A stretch of 9,658 nt of DNA from Caedibacter taeniospiralis (GTDB lineage Bacteria > Pseudomonadota > Gammaproteobacteria > Francisellales > Francisellaceae): the NCBI RefSeq assembly GCF_002803295.2, contig NZ_PGGB02000018.1, positions 8,214 to 17,871 of the forward strand, given 5' to 3'. Every line of letters begins with the position of its first letter. Positions within the stretch are counted from its first letter, which is position 1. The position numbers were made by a program, and so were the translations under genes. Positions 6,075-9,658 of the stretch are shown here, piece by piece. Below the pieces are notes generated by a model, which was not told the DNA's origin, made no database searches, and saw only the letters and a list, made by a program, of their open reading frames with translations.

Positions 6075-7733
6075 GTCAAGTCGAGCCTGTTGCTCTTGAG
6101 TTGGACTTTCAAAATCAGGAACTTCCTCAATATGAATAGACAAAGGCAATGTCCTGATATCATTGACAACCACTCGCTTGCCGTCCACATCATGAACACA
6201 ATTCAAAATGACAATTTCTCGCTTCTCATCTTCTGTCAAAATCTGCGATTCAAGAAAAGCACCAGAGCCAGATTGAATTAAATTAAGCATCATTCTCGCT
6301 TCACGTTTCTTCATCAATTTAAGATTATCAAACGCAATCGTCTGACCTCTGACTGAGTTCACTTGCCGCGCTCTGATTGCTACACCACTTTGCGCATTGG
6401 TTTCTTTGCCAAGCGCCTCATCATAATACCCAGAGACACGTTGTATATCCTCAACAGTCTTTTCTAGTAAAGTAAAATACCCACCAGAAATTTGATTATT
6501 GGCATGCAATTCAAATCGACTTCCTGGTGATATTTCAATAGCAGCACCAGGATCGCTTAACATCGCTTCAATTTCATGTGGTTCTTTGTTAGAGAAAGCA
6601 CCTTCATCATAAATTGCGCGCGTGGAACTTAATAAATAAGACAGTCGAGTTTGTAGTGAATTGTATCTACGCTGTACAGGTTTCATTGAAGACAACCAAC
6701 CGTCGGGAACTCCATCACTATAGCGTCGTGACCACAGACAAGGAATATAAGTAAAATCTGGAAGATCAGGTACATTAGGCTTTAACGGCGCATATTCCAA
6801 CAGTCTATCTTCAGTAAACAACACGCGCATAATTGCTTTTGATGATTTCCTTTCTAAATCAGTCATTTTCTCAACAAGGCTTAATGCCTCTTTCTCATTA
6901 AAAGTGGCAAAATAATGACCATTGATATCCATTCCCTCAAAACTCATCATCTCCTGACGATATTGAACTTCAATCACACGAACACGTCGACCATATCCTT
7001 CACCTAAGTAAAAAGTATCTAACTCAATCTCTGCTCTTTGCTGAATCTCAGGAGAAACCTCTCCTTGATATTGCTTCCACTCTTTCGCCTCTCTTACATT
7101 TTTTACAACACTAAATCTAGAATCAAAATAACTGCTATGCTTAGGCCATAATCTTTTCATTTCAGCTAACGAAATCCAGCGAATACGAATAACAAACTCC
7201 GAGTTATTCAACTGCGAACTTAAGTCATCTGGGTCAAAAAGCACATCTAACGGATGCACATGCTCATAGATAATTTCGCTTGTACTGGGTTGTTTGAATA
7301 GGTTACTCCAACCAATACCCGTAATCAGCATATCCATGAATTTCTGGGTGGCTTTATGCGTCATGTCTTGATTTTCTTGAATATGATAGCCTAAGTGCGT
7401 AATCGCTTTAGCTAATCGATCGTCTTTCACATTGCCTGAGCTACTTCTAAAGGCAACACGAAAGCGTGTCTGAACATCAACGCCTGTCAGGCTGTTAATA
7501 ATCGGTTTGACAATGTTAAGTACTTCTGGCGGATAGCCATTAGCCGATAACTTGTGTAACTGAGATTTGTCCCACTGTCCCGTACCATCGTAGAAACCAT
7601 AATCCTCTATGGCTTTTTTACGATAAGCCTTGTTCACTTGGCTCGTCGCCGCATAACGAAAATAATACTGTGCCAAATCCAGTGCTTCTTTTTGTTTTAC
7701 GGTTAATTTTTGTTCCAAAGTTAGGTACTCCAA
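6054..7733 (-). CDS. portal protein (3' end altered or truncated by repeat copy 1)
   Basis: 559-aa ORF immediately after terL. The N-terminal region has EDYGFYDGTGQW, a Y/F-x-G-x-QW motif common in portal proteins. The predicted start is TTG (7733..7731) with no clear SD. The last 7 codons (RVPRAS*) are read from the repeat element, whose boundary is at 6074. Confidence 0.85.
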   Translation of the reverse strand: MEYLTLEQKLTVKQKEALDLAQYYFRYAATSQVNKAYRKKAIEDYGFYDGTGQWDKSQLHKLSANGYPPEVLNIVKPIINSLTGVDVQTRFRVAFRSSSGNVKDDRLAKAITHLGYHIQENQDMTHKATQKFMDMLITGIGWSNLFKQPSTSEIIYEHVHPLDVLFDPDDLSSQLNNSEFVIRIRWISLAEMKRLWPKHSSYFDSRFSVVKNVREAKEWKQYQGEVSPEIQQRAEIELDTFYLGEGYGRRVRVIEVQYRQEMMSFEGMDINGHYFATFNEKEALSLVEKMTDLERKSSKAIMRVLFTEDRLLEYAPLKPNVPDLPDFTYIPCLWSRRYSDGVPDGWLSSMKPVQRRYNSLQTRLSYLLSSTRAIYDEGAFSNKEPHEIEAMLSDPGAAIEISPGSRFELHANNQISGGYFTLLEKTVEDIQRVSGYYDEALGKETNAQSGVAIRARQVNSVRGQTIAFDNLKLMKKREARMMLNLIQSGSGAFLESQILTEDEKREIVILNCVHDVDGKRVVVNDIRTLPLSIHIEEVPDFESPTQEQQARLDRVPRAS

Positions 7734-7746
7734 AAATCTTAAAAAA

Positions 7747-9171
7747 CTAAAAAATGCCTTTTAGTGAAGGTCGATTATGGTAGGTACTGTTTCGTTGAAT
7801 GTCACTTTTGGCTAACCGCTCACCACTCATAACAATGTATCGTAAACAATCCATTAAGTGATCATTGCCTTTTTTGACATGACCTTTCTCATCTCGGCTA
7901 TACATCCTGAATTCCTTCAATGTGTTGTTTAAGGTATTGAATATCTTGAGTTTGCCATTTTGGAAACGTTGCAGTACCTTCATAATACCTTCTTCTTTCG
8001 CATTATCCGCTTTGTATAAGTAACGCAAACCTGAATCGCGATACAATTGCGCTAAATCACCACCATCACGTTGTGATGACTGCTCTCCCGCTGGGTCATA
8101 AACACCGTTTATTTTATCGGCTCCCAGTTTTTTAAGCTCATAAACATGCTGTTGTGGCGTTCTTTCAGACACGTAATACTCGCCAGTCAGATACATCACA
8201 TCATTATCTCTATCAATCACAGCAAATAAAGCCGCAGTAGGATTTATCCAGCCAAAGTCTAAACCAAAAACACGTCCCCAGTGCTTAGGAATAACAAAAG
8301 GGTTAACTACAACAGCAACTTCAGAAACAGGATACACTAAGCCACTACCTAAGGATGGAATGCCATGCTTGCGTGCCTCTTTTTCATGTGGCTTTAAGGA
8401 TTTACTTAACGTTTCCTTCGCACTGTCTAACAAATGCGGATTATCGTCCCATGATGCCTGGATGTAAAAACGATTATTGACAATAGAACCTTCATCAACT
8501 TTGATAACTTCTTCGGTCATTTCACTCATTTCACTGACACCACTTCCATTGATGACTTCACGTTCAATCGTGGTTTCCTGAAACTCAAGAATCAAATCGG
8601 TTAATCCTAATAACGGTGTCATCGTTAACAAAACAATTCCTTCATTGTCTACTTCCGTAGACATCGTTCGCATCAGAGACTCAACGTAAATATCCCTTGG
8701 CGGTTCTTCATCCAAATGCACCAAATCCAACTTGGCTGCTTGGAATTTCTTCCGACCTTGTTCATATGACTTGAAGGTTAACTCAGAATAACCACCTGTT
8801 TTGTAGTCTATTTTGTAGCTGTGACGTAATCGATCAACCCCAATCACTAAGTCTTCTGCAATCATCTCCAAATAGGCTTTCTCTAAGACCTCTGCAGTCA
8901 GTGCCGTCGTCACACTCGCCGCCCATGCTTTAATCGGGCGAGTAAATCGTTTCCCTATCCACCATTGAGGATAATATCCCGTAAGGTGCATCACACTTTC
9001 AGCAACCCCACAATACGTCTTCCCCGTTCTATTGCCTGCTAAGAACAATCGCTCTTTGGCACTTGCTCCTGCTGCGTGAAACTGTCGCTGCTTTTTGTGT
9101 GGAGTATACAGCAAAAAATGCTTCTGAACATGGTTAAAAGCCGCATCAACTACGAAACTATCAATATTCAT
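7747..9171 (-). CDS. terL: terminase large subunit
   Basis: 474-aa ORF with Walker A-like LAGNRTGKTY and Walker B-like LDLVHLDEEP in the N-terminal ATPase half, followed by a C-terminal nuclease-sized domain. It is followed by the portal gene. Its ATG lies 3 nt after the stop of the upstream small gene. Confidence 0.92.
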   Translation of the reverse strand: MNIDSFVVDAAFNHVQKHFLLYTPHKKQRQFHAAGASAKERLFLAGNRTGKTYCGVAESVMHLTGYYPQWWIGKRFTRPIKAWAASVTTALTAEVLEKAYLEMIAEDLVIGVDRLRHSYKIDYKTGGYSELTFKSYEQGRKKFQAAKLDLVHLDEEPPRDIYVESLMRTMSTEVDNEGIVLLTMTPLLGLTDLILEFQETTIEREVINGSGVSEMSEMTEEVIKVDEGSIVNNRFYIQASWDDNPHLLDSAKETLSKSLKPHEKEARKHGIPSLGSGLVYPVSEVAVVVNPFVIPKHWGRVFGLDFGWINPTAALFAVIDRDNDVMYLTGEYYVSERTPQQHVYELKKLGADKINGVYDPAGEQSSQRDGGDLAQLYRDSGLRYLYKADNAKEEGIMKVLQRFQNGKLKIFNTLNNTLKEFRMYSRDEKGHVKKGNDHLMDCLRYIVMSGERLAKSDIQRNSTYHNRPSLKGIF

Positions 9172-9174
9172 TTT

Positions 9175-9411
9175 TCATGACTCAATAATTTTACGTATGG
9201 CTAAAGCTTTTTCATCTGTCAGTTGAATATCTGGAATATTTTTAACTTCCATTAATTTATCAGCAGAGCACAAAAAATATGATAGAAATACCCTAATAGC
9301 TGAAATATCTCCATTTTCACCTAATACCTGTAACTTTCTTAACTGAGCTAGAATTTCATCTTCACTGAATTTGCTTAAAATATTATGAGTAAAGGGTGCC
9401 TCGGGCCTCAT
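9175..9411 (-). CDS. small protein in the terminase small-subunit position; 5' end supplied or replaced by repeat copy 2
   Basis: 72 unique codons (FTHNILSKFSEDEILAQLRKLQ...IRKIIES*) end 3 nt before the terL ATG. The unique part (9175-9393) contains no early in-frame start; its only ATG is at Met55 of 72. The first usable ATG is at 9411..9409, inside the repeat. The track ORF extends to a GTG at 9540. The terS assignment is by position only. Confidence 0.45.
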   Translation of the reverse strand: MRPEAPFTHNILSKFSEDEILAQLRKLQVLGENGDISAIRVFLSYFLCSADKLMEVKNIPDIQLTDEKALAIRKIIES

Positions 9412-9658
9412 GATAGATTTTGTATATCCATACACAAAATCGAATCGGCTATCCTCGGCGGTATAAATTTTGCCCGGGCCGTCCGCCTCAACGGTGCTTG
9501 TCCTCACAAATTCGCTACGCTCATTCCGAACAGACAACACGTTTCCGATTCTACTCTACGCCTTGGGTAAAAGCTTTTTCACAGACTTCGCTCTGGCGCC
9601 TTCGGCACGTCGCTTGCTGATCAACAGCGCAAGGCTACCCGGGTCTACTCGCCCTCGC
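9393..9658 (-). repeat. copy 2 of the inverted-repeat element (truncated by the window end)
   Basis: It is the reverse complement of 5809-6074 with 265/266 identity. Identity still holds at the last base of the window, so the true extent is unknown. Confidence 0.95.

Noticed and set aside
5774-6095. Group I intron in the portal gene
   Set aside because: On the portal-sense strand there are R-element-like strings that resemble conserved group I P7 sequences from memory: UUCACAGACU (reverse complement of 5880-5889), and AACAGACAAC. However, I could not assemble a P3-P8 core or a P1 with a U at the 5' splice site. The wobble asymmetry favours the opposite strand. Copy 2 has the opposite orientation relative to its gene, so both copies cannot be introns of one type. 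The idea is left as a testable possibility under the split-portal finding, not as a call.
5774-6095. Group II intron or a 5'-truncated group II fragment
   Set aside because: It is far too short. There is no GUGYG 5' end, no domain V (AGC triad, bulged 34-nt hairpin with GNRA loop), and no intron-encoded protein.
5752-6199. Track ORFs 5752-5997(-), 5847-6047(-), 5897-6199(-) and 5927-6139(+), lying in and around repeat copy 1
   Set aside because: They overlap each other in every frame, have no SD, and are open only because the GC-enriched element is poor in stop codons. The same pseudo-ORFs reappear mirrored in copy 2. There is no coding signature.
262-6281. Shadow ORFs 262-540(-), 1795-2010(-), 3241-3423(+), 3558-3743(+), 5293-5580(+) and 6090-6281(+)
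   Set aside because: Each lies wholly inside, or antisense to, a much longer and well-supported structural gene. Their composition is low-complexity or odd, and none has an SD. ORF 5293-5580(+) is simply the antisense of the scaffold K/E repeats.
7740-7760. Programmed frameshift at the T-runs of the terL/portal junction
   Set aside because: The T-runs are not in an X XXY YYZ register in the terL frame. A terL-portal fusion has no biological precedent that I know of.
9385-9620. Track ORFs 9385-9570(+) and 9420-9620(+) in repeat copy 2
   Set aside because: They are mirror images of the copy-1 pseudo-ORFs, so the same reasoning applies.
5809-9658. Diversity-generating retroelement (TR/VR pair)
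   Set aside because: The repeats are inverted rather than direct. They differ at one position only, rather than at many adenines. Neither copy lies at the 3' end of a receptor-binding gene. No reverse transcriptase is present in the window.

Overview
This window is the minus-strand late (morphogenesis) operon of a podovirus-type phage or prophage. GC is about 40%, and the genes are tightly packed and often translationally coupled. Read right to left: a short gene in the small-terminase position whose own 5' end is missing (9175-9411), large terminase (7747-9171), portal (6054-7733), an orphan 54-codon coding segment coupled to the next gene (5609-5773), scaffolding protein (4629-5609), T7 gp10/HK97-like major capsid protein (3259-4380), a 115-aa protein, T7 gp11-like and gp12-like tail tubular proteins (2235-2864, 119-2224), and the first 35 codons of a further gene (1-107). 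I see no tRNA, rRNA, CRISPR array, integrase, transposase, reverse transcriptase or recognisable defence gene. The one thing the gene map does not explain is a 266-bp inverted repeat, 5809-6074 versus 9393-9658, identical at 265/266 positions. The second copy is cut by the window end, so the repeat may be longer. The repeated element is relatively GC-rich (about 53% by hand count), non-coding and rich in hairpins. The two copies bracket terL plus portal, and each sits exactly where a reading frame is broken: the 3' end of portal and the 5' end of the terS-position gene. G-U wobble asymmetry in three hairpins suggests a functional RNA on the + strand for copy 1 and the - strand for copy 2. I could not place the element in any RNA or mobile-element family I know. 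The hypotheses are a non-autonomous mobile element, a novel structured RNA, a recombination or inversion substrate marking a swapped packaging module, or an assembly fold-back. All product calls rest on synteny, size and motifs recalled from memory; no searches were run.
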